NCBI GenBank assembly: GCA_013265495.1
Contig: MU058824.1
Span: forward strand, 3,995,111 to 4,059,110
Reading direction: 5' to 3'
DNA from: Vicugna vicugna
Lineage: Eukaryota
DNA length: 64,000 nt
In this document: piece by piece, positions 1-13,890 of the stretch
Numbering within the stretch: position 1 is the stretch's first letter
Layout: each line of letters opens with the position of its first letter
Program-made: the position numbers and the translations under genes
Notes under the pieces: generated by a model
What the model was told of the DNA's origin: nothing
Database searches by the model: none
Seen by the model: the letters and a program-made list of their open reading frames with translations, nothing else

Positions 1-889
1 AAGTTTTTCTGAAAGCTCTTCATTGTGAGCTGAAGTTCAATTATGGCTCAACTTTCTAAGTATATACTGAGTCCCTACTATATTCCAGACACTACTACAC
101 ACAGGGGACACAGAGAAGAAGGAGAAAGACTTTATGACAGACCTTCAAGTATTTGAGGAAAATGCCCTAAGTGTTCTCCAGGTTCCAAACTCCCAATTCA
201 ACAATTCCTCACAGATTCCTTCATCATTCCTTCATACTGCCTTCCTCTGCACATAAAATTCACACATGCCCTACAAAGAACCCCAGGTATGGCTGGACAG
301 TGGAGAATGCAGCCCATATACCACAATGCAGATTTAGTTTGGTGTCAACAACCCAAGCTATATTTGCCTCTGGGGAACTAATCCAATCTCATTTACTTAA
401 CTCACACCTCTACCTCTCTTAATTTTCCAAATGGTTCTATAGAATTAGAGGTAAGTGGTAGGTTTTGGAAGACATGGCAACCATTAACATTTTATTTTCC
501 TTAAAGTAAAGCAAGATTCAGCCTAAATAGCAGTCAGGGTACCTATTTTTACTTGATCTAGCCTGATGGGCAGTAGAATTAATAACACCATTTCTAGACT
601 GAATTGATCCCCAAAAAAGATTTTTTAAATTTTTAAAATTTTAAAGTAAATATACTAAAAACTTCAATTGAAGAATTGCAGTTGTCAGACCAGATGTTTA
701 GAAAAGAAAACAGAATAGAAAATAGTATCACTTACAGTAAGGTTAAGTAGTTATTTCATAAATACGTTGATGCGTTGGAGCCCAAAGTAAAATATGCTTC
801 TTACTATGGTTCATGGTCAAAAGTGTTTGAGAATCACTGCTCCAGGCCATGTCATCTGCCACAGGAATAGAAGAGTAATCTTCTCTTAT

Positions 890-1750
890 GTTTTATAAAA
901 ATAGATCAAATGGACTTTAGAAAATTTAAAATTTTTGTTCTTCAAAAGACACCATCAAGAAAGTGAAAAAGACAACAGACAGAATGAGGGAAAAAAAGAG
1001 CAAATCATGTATTTGATAAGGGACTTATAGCTAGAACTACAGAATTCTTACAACTCAACAATAAAAAGACAAACAACCCAATTAAAAAGGGGCAAAGGAC
1101 CTAAATAGATATTTCTCAAAAAAAGATGTGCAAAAGGCCAATAAGCACATGAAAAGATGCTCAACATCCTCAGTCGTTAGGGAAAAGTAAACCAAAACCA
1201 CAATGAGATACCACTTTACACAATTTCACAGGGCTAAAATAAGAGACAGACAATATCAAATGTTAGAAAGTGGGAAAAGTAGAATCCTCACACATTGCTA
1301 GTAGGATCATAAAATGGTGAGCAGTTTGTCAGTTTCTCAAAATGTTAGATGACTCAGCAATTCCATTCCTCGACATATACCCAAGAGAACTGAATGCCAG
1401 TGTCCACACAAAAATTTGCACACAAATATTCATAACAGCATAATAGCCAAGAAGTGGGAACAACCCAAATACCCATCAACTGATAAATGGATAAATAAAA
1501 TGATATATCCATACAATGAAATATTCTTCAGATGCAAAATAGAATGAAGTACTGAAATACGCTGATTGCCAGGGAGGCGAGGGTTAGGGTGTGGAATGGG
1601 TACAGGGCGTCTCTTTCAGGTCATGAAAATGTTCTAAAATTAGATTGTGGTGATGGTTGCACAAATGTGAATATACTTAAAACCACTGAATTGTACACTT
1701 TAAAGAGGATAATTTTATAGTATGTGAATTATATTTCAGTAAAGCTGTTA
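890..1750 (+). mobile_element. LINE-1 3' fragment (old, L1MB-like)
   Basis: L1 ORF2-end and 3'UTR motifs: aagcacatgaaaagatgctcaacatc, aaaaccacaatgagataccac, gtggtgatggttgcaca...aaaccactgaattgtacacttt...caGtaaagctgtt. Confidence 0.85.
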
Positions 1751-2655
1751 TAAAACACTTCAAATCCCTTGACAGCTCTCCTTTACCAAAACAGTTTTGT
1801 GGAGCATTCAGTTTCCTTCAAGCGCTTTCATCACATATTTCCAGCCAAACTTTCAACCCTCATCTCCTGCTATTTTCCCCTTCACCACTTTCTGCCTCCA
1901 CCCTAAAGACACAATGCCACTTTATAATTCCATGCCTTTGCACATATTATTCTTGCTGCCAAGAATGTCATATTGTCTTCTCTCTCTATTGAACTCCTAT
2001 ATATCCTTCAAGGCCAAATAATGTTTCTTTCAAGAAATTATCCCTTACTCCTCCAGACAAAGTTATGATGCCCTCTCCGCTATAAATATTGGTTGACGTA
2101 TCTGCCCTTCTAATAGACTCTGAACTCCTTGAGTTTACTATACAATATCATCTTCAGCCCTAGGACCTAACGCTTACTAAGTGTTTACTGAATAAATGAA
2201 TGACAAAACATTCCCTTACTATTGACTAGAAATAGTGTTATTTTTTCTCCAACTAGTTTAATTGGTAAAATCCATACAAATATAACTTGAGTGCTTGCCT
2301 TTAGAGACCAATAAAATGAAATAAAAATACAAATTTGGGGCCAAAATTGAGACTTAAGGAAAATTACCATAAAGTAACATTTCATGGGGGTGCATAGTTC
2401 AGATACTTATCATTGTTGACCGAACACACTTACTGAAGTCAATACTCTTGTATTCAACATATTAAATGTGTTGTTTAACTCTGGTAACCACAGCTGTGAC
2501 TTAGTTAACGATCTCAATAAATCCTACTTAAATCAGAGACAGGAAAAAATTATGCAAATGAATCCTTATCTGTTTTTCTGCCCAAGGCATATTTGATAAC
2601 AGATAAAACATACTCTAAATAGTCTCTACTTAATAGTCAAGAAGCCATTTGAGGT

Positions 2656-2661
2656 TTTATT
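2656..2661 (-). terminator. Second AATAAA 60 nt downstream (possible alternative poly(A) signal)
   Basis: Minus strand caAATAAAacctc. Confidence 0.4.
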
Positions 2662-2699
2662 TGGATCAAAATCAATTACAAAGAAGAGGAAAAGCCTGC

Positions 2700-3047
2700 T
2701 ATATTCACAAATGGTTTTATTTCAGAAAGAAATTACACATTAAAAGGAGACATAGTTAAGAACTTACATTCATGTATGGAAGTGAATCTAAGAAAGTCAA
2801 CAGTTATTAATATACAAAGCACATGATTAAAAAAGACAGTAAAAGATAATGACAGATGGGCTTGCCTTAGATTCATCCACAAAATAATATCTTTTGTTTA
2901 AAAACAAAAAGACATTGGTCTTTAAGATAGCTCTTTGGAAACGAGCTGATAGTTCCAGTGGACTTTAAAAATCAAACCAATCACACCAGGCTCCATGTAG
3001 GCTGTATCACACCATACTCATCCAGCAGGATGGAAACCACCCATCAA
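2700..3047 (-). other. MELK: MELK 3'UTR (end inferred from the poly(A) signal)
   Basis: Lies between the TAA and AATAAA at 2716-2721; a U-rich tract follows at about 2665-2695 on the minus strand. Confidence 0.8.
2716..2721 (-). terminator. Polyadenylation signal AATAAA (proximal, probably major)
   Basis: Minus strand gaAATAAAaccatttgtgaatatag, followed by the U-rich element cttttcctcttctttgtaattgatttt. Confidence 0.8.
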
Positions 3048-3225
3048 TTAAACCTTGCAGCTAGATAGGATGTCTTCCACTAATCTCTTGTAAACCCAGG
3101 CATCACCCTTAAGCCGCTGCCTCCTGATACCCACCACATCGGGTTTTTGAAGCTGGCACACTTCTAGTTCAAACTGCATTGTCACTTTGCCAAAATCTGA
3201 CTGTGTTTGACACTTCAGTGTATAG
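3048..3225 (-). CDS. MELK: MELK terminal exon 18, coding part (KA1 domain, stop TAA)
   Basis: cacag|CTATAC...GTTTAA; 178 nt; YTLKCQTQSDFGKVTMQFELEVCQLQKPDVVGIRRQRLKGDAWVYKRLVEDILSSCKV*. Confidence 0.97.
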
Positions 3226-5386
3226 CTGTGAAAAACAAGATAAGAAGCCGGTTAGTAGAAGAACCATGAATTTTCTGCATAATATGAGAGATTTCTAAGC
3301 CTCTAGGAGGCTGGTGGGGAAAATGAACCATTATTTCATATTAAGCAATACCGTACTGCTTACAGTTTCCAAATGACCTAGCTATGCTTTAGTGATAGAG
3401 TATGACTGGTGTTTTCCCATAAGCTGAACCAGGATCTTAAAAAAGAATAAAGATGAAAAGGCTTTACCAGAATTCTCCCTTGCTCCAAAGGAAAGCCCTT
3501 CTTTCATAGCTATACATGCCATTCATGCTCAAGAAATCTTCTGGCATCCTTTATGCAAGTCTTTCAACAGTGTAATCTGTGAACATTAGGTCATTTCCAC
3601 AATGTTCACAACAAAGGAAAGCACAGGGAAGGTAAGAATATTTTATTGTGTGCACTTCATCAGAAACTTCTGTCTTTCATAATAAATAAAGCTGAAGCCA
3701 CCAACCTGTCAGAAGGACAAGGGTTTTTGAAGTTTTTCTAATAGTAATAAGAGGTTATGATGGTTACAACACTTGAGGGCAGAGCTATAAAAGACAGCCC
3801 AACGATATGGTACATTCCCAAGGTTGAAATGTATGGCACATATAATTAGAGCTGCCATGTTAACTACTCTGATGATAGAAAGGCCCAGTCTAAACGAAGC
3901 CTTAAACACATCTTAAGAAATAGGTATGTTCCTGCAAAGTTGCATAAATTAAATTCATTTAAATCAACGGTTAACTTGTTTACGTTATATTTTAGTTTTA
4001 TTTGTCTTACTGATCTTCAGTAGACGATAGACACAAACAATAAACAATAGGATTGATTCTAAATTTCAGTTCCCTAAATATTTAGGGGCACTATTTCACA
4101 GAAATGTGGAGAAGTTATTTGTATTTGTTATACATTATGAGGTTTCATAAAATATCATTCTTTTTCTTACTTAGTTATGTCCTTTGGGGCTTGATCTATT
4201 AAAAATAAGCAGTCAATATCAGAAATGCTACAAGGTATATACCCTGCAGCTAAGGTTCCTGATGGGAAGATGAAGCATAGAGCAACTGAGTGACAGCAAA
4301 GACAAAAAGTGATTCTTCCTCACTGGAGAAAGATGCTAATGGAATATAACTGAGATTAGTGACACCACACCACTGAAACTTGGTTTTTGTTATTCTGGTT
4401 TGTCACAAAGAAAGAAAAACAGAGATAGCAAAAAGAAAAAAAAGAGGATCAAGGCAGACCTTCCAGTTGATCAGGAAGTTTGAGGAACAAATTATCAGTT
4501 GAACAGTCAGTTAGTGACCTGACAGATCATATGTTAAAGGAAAAATAATCAAAAGTGTTCCATTATAGATTTAACTAGAGGTTCGGAAACTGTGGAAAAA
4601 CACCAAGCATAAAGAACAAGTCAGAGTTAGACGTGTTCTAATGATGCCTAAAGAAGAAAGCCAAGGTTTATGTACTGAGTGGTTGCTAATATTCACAGAG
4701 TAAGAAGGGAAATTACTTGTGCAAAAGATTGTCCTAAAAATCTTACTCTACACTGACTGTTCTACTTAAATGTTCTTGTTAATCTATTAATGGCTCTTCT
4801 TATTAGTGCTTTAATGATGAAACTTTAAAGAAACATAACTAAGTGGAAATGCCTAGAAATACAGACATCTTGGACAACCAAGAGAGGTCTGGCTGCTCAG
4901 ACCACGAGCTCGTAACCAGGGAGGCTTGATGGCAGTTCACTCAACAGTGGGAAAGAGCTAAGGTGAAATAACTTCTAAAGTACTGAAAACCCACCCTTGT
5001 CCCAAAGCACATCATAAAGAGAAAGAGTCTACATACATATATACATTCTTGATTTGTTTGAGGTGTCTCATAAATTTAGATTACAATTTAGAAATATTAT
5101 TGTAAAGCAGAATATTGAAGGAAAAGATGCAAAACAAAAAGGAAGAAGGCCAGACTTTCCTCCTTTGAAAAGTCTAACTTTGAAAGTGGTGACAATGTGG
5201 GCACTTAAAAAATTTCTGTAGCTCATATAAAACAAAAGAATAAATTATGAACAGATACTAGCATAAAAGCTTTTTGGAAAATGAAGTGGGAGAAATATAT
5301 TTTTAAATAAGGGGAGAGGGAGAATCAACCCACGTTTTCTCAAAGTTCAAGTAATAAATGCAACAGCCTGTAAGTGTGCTTCTTAC

Positions 5387-5490
5387 CCCTTTTGTACAAA
5401 GTCAACATGCTTCTTTGGAAGAATAAACATTATTTCATTCAAGAGCTGATCTGGATTCACTAATCTGGTTGTAGTCACATTATAGTGAGG
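5387..5490 (-). CDS. MELK: MELK exon 17 (start of KA1 region)
   Basis: tttag|CCTCAC...AAAGGG|gtaaga; 104 nt; PHYNVTTTRLVNPDQLLNEIMFILPKKHVDFVQK(G). Confidence 0.96.
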
Positions 5491-7099
5491 CTAAAAGAGA
5501 AAAAGGATGAGAAGTAAATCCTTACATCAGCACAAAGGCCACCCTATCCAAACTCTTCAACATAGTACCATTTCAAATGGAAATATTTCAAGAAAAACAC
5601 TGTAAGAATTTATAACCAACTCTTGGTAAGTTGGATTAAGACAGCACTGGGAAAGCCTGGAGAAATCATGTTGATTAGTAACTACATCTATATTATCCTT
5701 TTCATATTTGTGTCTTCCCCTTCTACCAATTTTTTAAATGAGTAAATAAATGTTAAATAATGTCTGTTTGAGCTCTATTTATTTCTCCCTCTCTACATAA
5801 AGACTCTTGAAATGTAAACTGTGAGAAGATGAAACAAATGCCCTAGAAAATTTCACTTGTATATAGTTGGATACATTTCCTTTAATTCTCTCTTGATTAT
5901 CAGATCCCAGAATCTGACTCTATGACAATTCTATGAAGGAATGAATGTAACAAGTGCTCCTTTAAGAAAGTAATATTATTTTTTTCTCATTCACTAACAG
6001 TATAATTCTCAGAAACAATGTAATTTCTAATTGGTATCCACCCATCCATTCATTCAACAATTATTTTTTGAGGGCTTACTAGCTGCCAAGCACTGTTTTA
6101 ACAGGGCCTGGAGACAAAGAAAAATCCCTACCTTTCTAGTAGTTCCTTCACTGTCAAACAAAATTATATTTTCCATGACTTTCAGATTTCAGTTCTTTTT
6201 ATAAATAACAAAATGCTGAGGTTGGAAAAGACCCAACCACCTTACTTTTCAGATTAAGACCCTACTACCCAAAGAAGAGATATGTTTCTTAAGACGAGGT
6301 TTCCCAAAATGTGATATAAATTATAACTGAAGTTATACAAGGTAAATCTGGGTGCTCATGGATAAATATTTTTATTTTAATATTTATGTATTTGTTCCAA
6401 TCTGATTTAGAAAAATATAGCAAAAACTAATGATTTATAGCTTTCTTTAAATAAATGCAAGTTTTTAAAAAGTTAGTCATCTTGATTGTGGTGATGGTTT
6501 CACAGGTACATATATAAATGCCAAAGTATATTAATTATACATTTTTAACATATGCAGATTATTATATGTCAATTAAACCTTTATAAATCTACTTTCAAAT
6601 GAGTCATATAAACAAAATAAGCGTGCAGATGATATGGTGCTATGCCGACATGGAGGTGACTGTCAAATGACTGCAGTTCAAAGTTTGAAAGGAGGAAGTA
6701 AGTGGCACAGCTATGACAGGACCCTCTGCTCTTGGCTCCCAATTCAGGACTCTTTCACCAAGTTCAAGTGATTCCTTTTGTAAAATAAAGAATTAATCCC
6801 ACTTTATCTATATAAACTTCAGATTTTTATAGATTGATTCCTAAAAGAGTGCTTGACTACATAGGGTTTGCTATCTTAAAAAACTAAGGTGTTCTTTGTA
6901 TCATTTTTTTTAACTTTTCTGTAAGTTTACAACTTTTTAATATAAAAACTAGTTGGAAAAACAAGGCTTATCTCCTAAAGCAAAAAGTCTTTCAGTTCTG
7001 CAAAAAAACATAAAGCATTAAAAAGGGTTAAAGATCCAAAGTGAAATAAAGTTCCAGATCTTAGGTGTGTGCTAATGAGGACTGTGGTTCCGCTACTCA

Positions 7100-7330
7100 A
7101 CGCTGATAGTAATAATGATACTTGACATTGGAACACCTTATATTAGTAAAGTGTTTTATATGCAATGTAGCATCTCATGCAGTCTTGTTTATATATCCCA
7201 GCTCTGTGCAGCTGCCAGAATAGACATCATCTCCAGTTTTTACAAGTAAAGAAATTGAGGAAGTCAGAGACAAAATGACTTATCCAAGCTACACAGTATG
7301 AACCCAGGCTTCTCATTCCCAATCTTGTGA
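7100..7330 (-). mobile_element. MIR SINE remnant
   Basis: MIR core-like text (gaaattgagg...agagacaaaatgacttatccaagctacacag). Confidence 0.55.
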
Positions 7331-8742
7331 TTTTTCTCTTACATCCTGGCAATACTGGGGGAATATCTAGAAAGCCAACTAACATCACAGCAGTTCCTAT
7401 TGGAAAATACATTCAAGTTCCAAACAATTTAGATAGGTGAATGTTTTTAGAATATCATCCATTAGTATTTGATAACCACTTAGCTTCTCAACAATGTATA
7501 TAATTAGACAAGTTTCCTTAATTTTCTTTAATATTTTTCAGAGAAATGGCATTATGGTTTTCTTAATCCCAAAGTCAGGGTTTGGAATACCTCACCTGTC
7601 TCCAGAGAGAAATCTCAGAATAATAGGAGAAAATATGCCTAATAAACAGCCATGTGCAACATAAAATTCCTCAGTGCACTAGGTGAATTCAGCAAGGAAA
7701 CAAACACCCACAGAGAAGTCCTACCTTCTTTCACCCGGAGACAGGACATAAATGGGATCACAGAACACTCTCCCCTAAAGCACCCTTCCACCCAGCAGCG
7801 CAGCATTTCCTTCCTCCAAATCTGCCCAGATTTGCTCAAAATGAGACTCTTGGTGTAGAAACTAAACACAGACCCAGTCCCCAAATCATGGGGAACACTA
7901 CTGTCTTCTCTTCCCTTTTCTGAGCTCCACATCTCCTGGAACATGTTTTCATTACAACACTGAGCCCAGTGGGTCAGGGCAACAGCCCTGCCTGTTTTCA
8001 CTGCCACTCGATGAGTTCCTCAAAGACATGGGCTGTGTCTTATGCATCCCTTAACTCTTACTTCCCCCAGACAAAAACGTCATTCATTAAATGTTTGAGT
8101 GAATGCTCAAAGAGAATCCAAAAGAGTAAAATATACTTTATATCTGCTTGTCACTTTTTTTTCTTTTCCTTTACCTACCAAATATACTGTCCACACCACT
8201 GACACATTAGACCTTTGAAAGCATAATAAGTCTATCAAGTAAGGTTCAAACATCTTGGCCAGCCTACCTTCCCAGCCTGTTGCTCACTATTTTCCTCACA
8301 CAAACCACACTCAAAACTCAAATTAACTTCCCATGTATTGAAATATTTCCTGAGTGCCTACAAAGGTACCCACGTGTCAGGAACTCTTCTATGTGCCAGA
8401 GATAGGACAACTGAGCTTAAGCCCCCATCCTTAAGGAATCCTTAAGGCAGTTCCTCATATATGCTCCATGCTTCCCCACCTCTATGTTACCTCTGTGATT
8501 AATCCCCCTATCTGAACTCAAACATCTGAATTTTAGTTATTTGCTCCTCCAAAGGAGTAACTGTACCTAATTTATCCCTGCATTCTCAAAGCCCCTTGCA
8601 CAATAACGTGTATATTTAAGGCACTCAAAATATATGTGTTAGCTAAATAAATGAATAAGTAAATAAAAAGTACTAATAAAAAATGTAATCCAGCTAGCTA
8701 TCAGCTTCTAAAATCCACATTAAAGAATTCCAGTCCACTTAC

Positions 8743-8911
8743 CTTTAGTCTTCTTGGCCCATCTTTGGCAGAGCCTTTCCTTTTGCTCCTGGTAAGCACA
8801 GTGATAACCTTATCCAATCCTCTCTCAAGGCTCCCAAATACTTTGGTTCCTTTTCTTTTTGGAGTATCCTCTACATGTGCTTGGTTGAGATTGAGTTCCA
8901 CTGAGCGACAT
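8743..8911 (-). CDS. MELK: MELK exon 16
   Basis: taaag|ATGTCG...CTAAAG|gtaagt; 169 nt; CRSVELNLNQAHVEDTPKRKGTKVFGSLERGLDKVITVLTRSKRKGSAKDGPRRLK. Confidence 0.96.
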
Positions 8912-9925
8912 CTTTAAAAAAAACAAAACAAAAACCCATGAGTAAGAGCTGGGCTTCCTGCCTGCTGGGTTCCTCACAGGTGTGCTTTTGTCCTGTTAGG
9001 TGCACCTCATTCAGGTATGCCAGGACCAGGCCATCTTCCTCCTCCTCAGGGAGCATGAAAACGGTCACCCACTGAAATGCAGCCATCACCCTTCCCCCAG
9101 CTGTCTGCCAAAACTGTTTTTCCCTAAACTTTTTTTAAAATGTCAAATATACAGAAAAAGTTGAAAAGTATAATGACTACCCATCTATTTTTCTAGAGTC
9201 AACAGTTGTTAATATTTTGCCACATTTGCTTTCTCTACATATATATATATAACAAATACATTAAAAATATGTACCTGTTACTGAACCATCTGAAAGAAAT
9301 GTGTCTCATAGCATCACGACCCTTCACTCTGAAACACTTCAGCATGCATCACCAGTGAATAAGGACATTTTCCTACATAACCACAATATCATTATGATAT
9401 CAAGAAAATCAGGAATAATGCCATAGAATCATCTAGTTCACATTCGAATTGCCCCAATTGTCCTCAGAACGGAGCTTGCTTAAAAAAATAGCTATGAAAG
9501 ACAATGAAGGGTCACCTGTGCTGCAGAACTGTTTGTACAAGAGATACGGCTTTCTCTGAAACACCCTTTAGAATCTTTACTATTTGAGTGACTGCTGTCT
9601 GTTAATGGATGCCCATACTCTACTGGCAGAAGTGGAGGGAAGGATGGGCTTCAGTGAGGGAACTATGTGGCTAGAGTCAGGGCCACTGTCTTCCCAGCCC
9701 TCTGTATTTTAAGCTAAGGTGCCAGTCCTACTGATGAGTTTCACAATTCTACCCCTGAGGAAGGCAGTGGCAACAGCCTCAGTAATGGCCAGAGACCATG
9801 TTCATACAGACATTCCTACCGACTCCAACAGAATCTACGTGACAGTTTACCTTAACTGAGTTTATCATATGTGAAAAAGGAAATTTGGTTACATATACTA
9901 AGAGTCTAAAAAACTGAACACTTAC

Positions 9926-10022
9926 CGCCTCTCAGGGCTAATGACACCCTTTATTAACTTCTCTGTTTCTGCTGAAGTTACTGGCATTTTAATTGGGGTT
10001 TCTTTCAGGCACTGGTTTCTAG
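9926..10022 (-). CDS. MELK: MELK exon 15 (TP-rich, KETPIK motif)
   Basis: aatag|CTAGAA...AGGCG|gtaagt; 97 nt; (A)RNQCLKETPIKMPVTSAETEKLIKGVISPER(R). Confidence 0.95.
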
Positions 10023-12029
10023 CTATTAGAAAAAGAACAAACACAAACCATATGTAGCTGATACGCTATGGTTTCAAACTTTCTATCAGTATGCATACAT
10101 CACCTCATTCATTGACTGAGAAATATTGTAATCACTTGGCCAGTGATGTTAAGGCTCTAATTCTTTAAGTAAATGTTTCTACGTGATTTATAATAAAAAC
10201 AAAATCATTTTGCTTTACATGTGTGGCTCTTTTTCTTCACTGCAAAACTGAGGCCATGCTTATGATTTTATTATAAATATCATTTGGTAAATCTAATAGA
10301 TCATATAAATAAGATTTCATGACTACAGATTCTCCTTTCTATAAATAAGTCAATCTGCATTTATACTAGAACCCAATTCATGTCTTTGATTGATATATTA
10401 TTGAGAGGTGTTAATTCAATTCATAGCCCTTTTCAACTCCTGTTAGGCAAAGAGAACAGTATCCTGTGAAAGCTGACAAAAGTTATTAAAGAGGTGTGAG
10501 CTTTGGTTATTTTTATATTCCCCATTCCAGAATTTGGTGATTTATTCCTAGGGTATTTGTATCCCTAGGACAAAATGGCATTAATAAATATGGTTACTAC
10601 TGATTAGTTAACTTTTTGTTCATAATCTAAAAGTTGTATACCGTTTAAAGATAACAATATTCATTTTATAAAAATATAAGATACCAAGCTTTTAAAAAGA
10701 GATCGGGGGTTTTGTTTTGTTTATGGTTATTCAGCACTACTCTTACTCGTTTCCTAAGAACAAGAAAATAAGATCAATCAACAGTATCATCTTTGTATAC
10801 TGAGAGTATCTACTACCACACATAGTTACCCTTTGACAAATTGTCACTGACTGGATTGTACAGGATTCAGAAAAATAAAATTAATGCTCATGTCAAAAAT
10901 GACTCAGAGCAAAAGTGAAATGCAAAGCACTAATGGAAGCTATCAATCCAGACTTCAGTCACTTGCTCCTGGAGACAGCTCACTTACGTTTAAAGTAAAA
11001 CGGCCAATAATAGCTTTTGACTAACGTAATCTTTCTCACACAGACAAGATATGCAAATTGATTATATTTTAAGATTATAAATTCCAAACTATCTATATTT
11101 CAAAACTTTCAGAATTACATAAAAAGTAAAAAATTTAATTATTAGGACCATATGTATCAAAGTCTTAAAAAAAAAAAAAAGCCCTGAATGAGTAAAGGTG
11201 AGCTAAAGGTCCGTCTTAGGGCCCTACCCAACCCCATGACTCACAAAGGACGTTGTCACTATATTAAGAGAAAGAGATTCCCGCCTCTACCTTGCCGGGA
11301 AAAGATGCAATAGCAGGAATTACTGAGGTCCTACTATGTGCAGATATTATCTCACAGAACACTCATAATTAACCACAGGTAGCTACACACACAAACACAC
11401 ATCACACCAGATTGGCCTCATTATTTTAGGAAAAGTGTTTGAGTTGATGGACTGGAGAATGCCATCAATAGGACTTCTCAGCAACTATTCTGACCAAGTA
11501 TTTCATAATATCTTTATGTACAAGAAGTAGGCTCTAGGACTAGCCTTCAGCCCCATTAGCACACTGGAAGCACAATGGCAGGATGGGGGTCAGCAGCAGT
11601 TCACAAGGCAATGTTTCACAGTGTGGTTCATTAGGATCTTAACATAATAAGAGTAGGTCACAACTGCTGGAAAGGAAACTAATAAAGTCAACACATCATT
11701 TTTTTAAAGTGATACAGTCTACATTACGGTAAATAAAATCCCTTCAGACTCTCTAATTGAATAAATTCCTTCATTCAACAGAATGGCCCCCACTATATAC
11801 CAGGCACTGGGCACCTACTAGGTCCACAAATATTTGTTTGTTGGGCCCCAACAATGTACTATGCCATGTTGCAGTAAACATGGCAGACACAGCCTCTACT
11901 GCCATGACACTTACTGTCTCATCCTGGTGAGACCCGGTACTAGAAAAGTGGGTCCAATTCTAGGTATTATGTTTTAAATAGAGTGACAAAACCGAATGTG
12001 CCCAGATGAGGCCAGCAACCAAAATGCTG

Positions 12030-12185
12030 AGGTGTCACAAAGGGAACAGCTTAAGTAACTGAAAATGATAAAGCTGAAGAGGAAATCAAGGGAAATGAGA
12101 AAGCTGTAATATGGACATGGGCTGCAGATATCTGGAAGAGCATCCCAGATTTACCCTGTCTGCTGGAGTATGGGCAGTAATATGA
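12030..12185 (+). mobile_element. L3/CR1 LINE 3' fragment
   Basis: Decayed similarity to the CR1 ORF2 end (aagggaacagcttaagtaactgaaaatgataaagctgaagaggaaatcaagggaaatgag). Confidence 0.4.
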
Positions 12186-12662
12186 CAGGCAGAGCAGGAT
12201 CAGACACCAGAACTGGAGATCCAGTTGAGTAAGGGCTCATCAGCGACTTCAGTGCAGTCATTCTAAGTGGGGGCAGAGGGGCAAGTAAAGTCTAAACCTG
12301 GATATATGACTGTGGGCAAATCAGTACATTCGTCTGAGTCTCAGTTCCTCAGCTATGAAATGGACAGCTGTATTAAGTCAGCTCTAACTTGCCTTTCAGC
12401 TTTGTTATTCTATGATGCTATGATTCAACTCTATAAATGTGGAAGAGAGAGAAACTCAGTATCATCTGAGAAAAATTAGAAGTTGATTAATGTGGTTTCA
12501 TTTCAAGTAATACAAATAATATATGCTTAAAAAAGTAGCTTGGCTTCTCCTAGCAATTTCTGGGAGCAATGCTTCTCATTTCGGACCTGCTATATGTTTA
12601 CTTAGCATAGTAAGGAGGAACTTGAAGGTGTTTTATCACTGTTTAATCCACACAGCAAATAC

Positions 12663-12894
12663 CTTTTAAGGGTGTAGCATAATGATTTGGTGTGGTGAGT
12701 ATTTCTCTTTTATGTTGGTTCTTATTAACTGGAGTCTTTGGCTCAGGAAATACAAAGCACTGTTCATTCTTTACAGCAGACTTAGGAGTATATACATTCT
12801 CTTTGTTCTTTAATTTATTGGCAGATGCTCTGCATAATACTGGAGTTAATGATTTAGATTCCAGACCATTTGATTCTGTCCAATGCTTGGCAAA
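12663..12894 (-). CDS. MELK: MELK exon 14 (TP-dipeptide-rich region)
   Basis: tccag|TTTGCC...AAAAG|gtattt; 232 nt; FAKHWTESNGLESKSLTPVLCRASANKLKNKENVYTPKSAVKNEQCFVFPEPKTPVNKNQHKREILTTPNHYATPLK plus 1 nt. Confidence 0.95.
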
Positions 12895-13890
12895 CTGGAA
12901 AAAAAAAAGTTACTGGATAAAGCACACGGAAGAAGAGAAGTCAACTTCTTTACAAAACGCCTTAATCATTTGCAAATTACCTTGCACCATTTTTATTAAA
13001 ATGAAACACTATCAAAAGGATATTATTGGTAATACCAGAAAATTTGAAAATATCTACTCAGTTCTCTTTAGTACATGTAGATCACGTTAGTCTGTTCTAT
13101 TGACAGGTAATTTTCAACATTTTTCAGGCAAGTGTTTAATCAAACATACCCACATTCTAGGCAATATTGAGGATGGCCACAAATAAATTCCTAAGAATTG
13201 CTTCCTATACCTAGATTGTGATGGTTTGTCTCTAATATGTACCAAGCAATAAAAGTTTAGTCAATAACCAGTGTAGAAAAACCATGTTAAAATACTCCTT
13301 TTAAATTTATGTTTGAGCTTGCAAAAAAGAAAGGAAAATTCTCAGAGGCCAAACTAAAAGCAAGAGCATGAATCCAGAGATGTAACCAAGGCTGAAACTA
13401 TCCATTGACCTAAGGACATCTACCTACTCTCTCAGATAATCTATAGCATAAATTTTGATATCATGGAAGCCCTAGACCTATGCAAAGTTCTATGTTAGAG
13501 CCATAGCTCCCAAGAGGGCATATAACTAAAATAAAAGGGTGAATTAAATATAAACCTGCCCTGCAAAGCAGTCAGCAAGAAAACCCATTTGCCCTGGCCA
13601 TGGCTCTCGAGGAGAAAAGAGTCTCTTTTAATAATTTTTAAGTAGCTACATAGGTTTGGGGCCCAAATTCATACTACCTGTAAGGTCCCAGAAATCTCAG
13701 GCCTAGAATTTGATTTAAAGTAGTCCTAAATTGATTGTGTTCCAAGAACGTGACAGAAGCAAACACAATTCCCATCTGAAAGAAAAGCTTCAATCCAACA
13801 CAACTCAAGCGCTCAACTCTTAATCCAAGCCTCAAAGCATTCCTAGAGAGTTGCAAGAAAAATGAGCCTATAAAAAAAATCCCCAAAGAA

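Noticed and set aside
12692..13090. 132-aa plus-strand ORF
   Set aside because: Antisense shadow of MELK exon 14.
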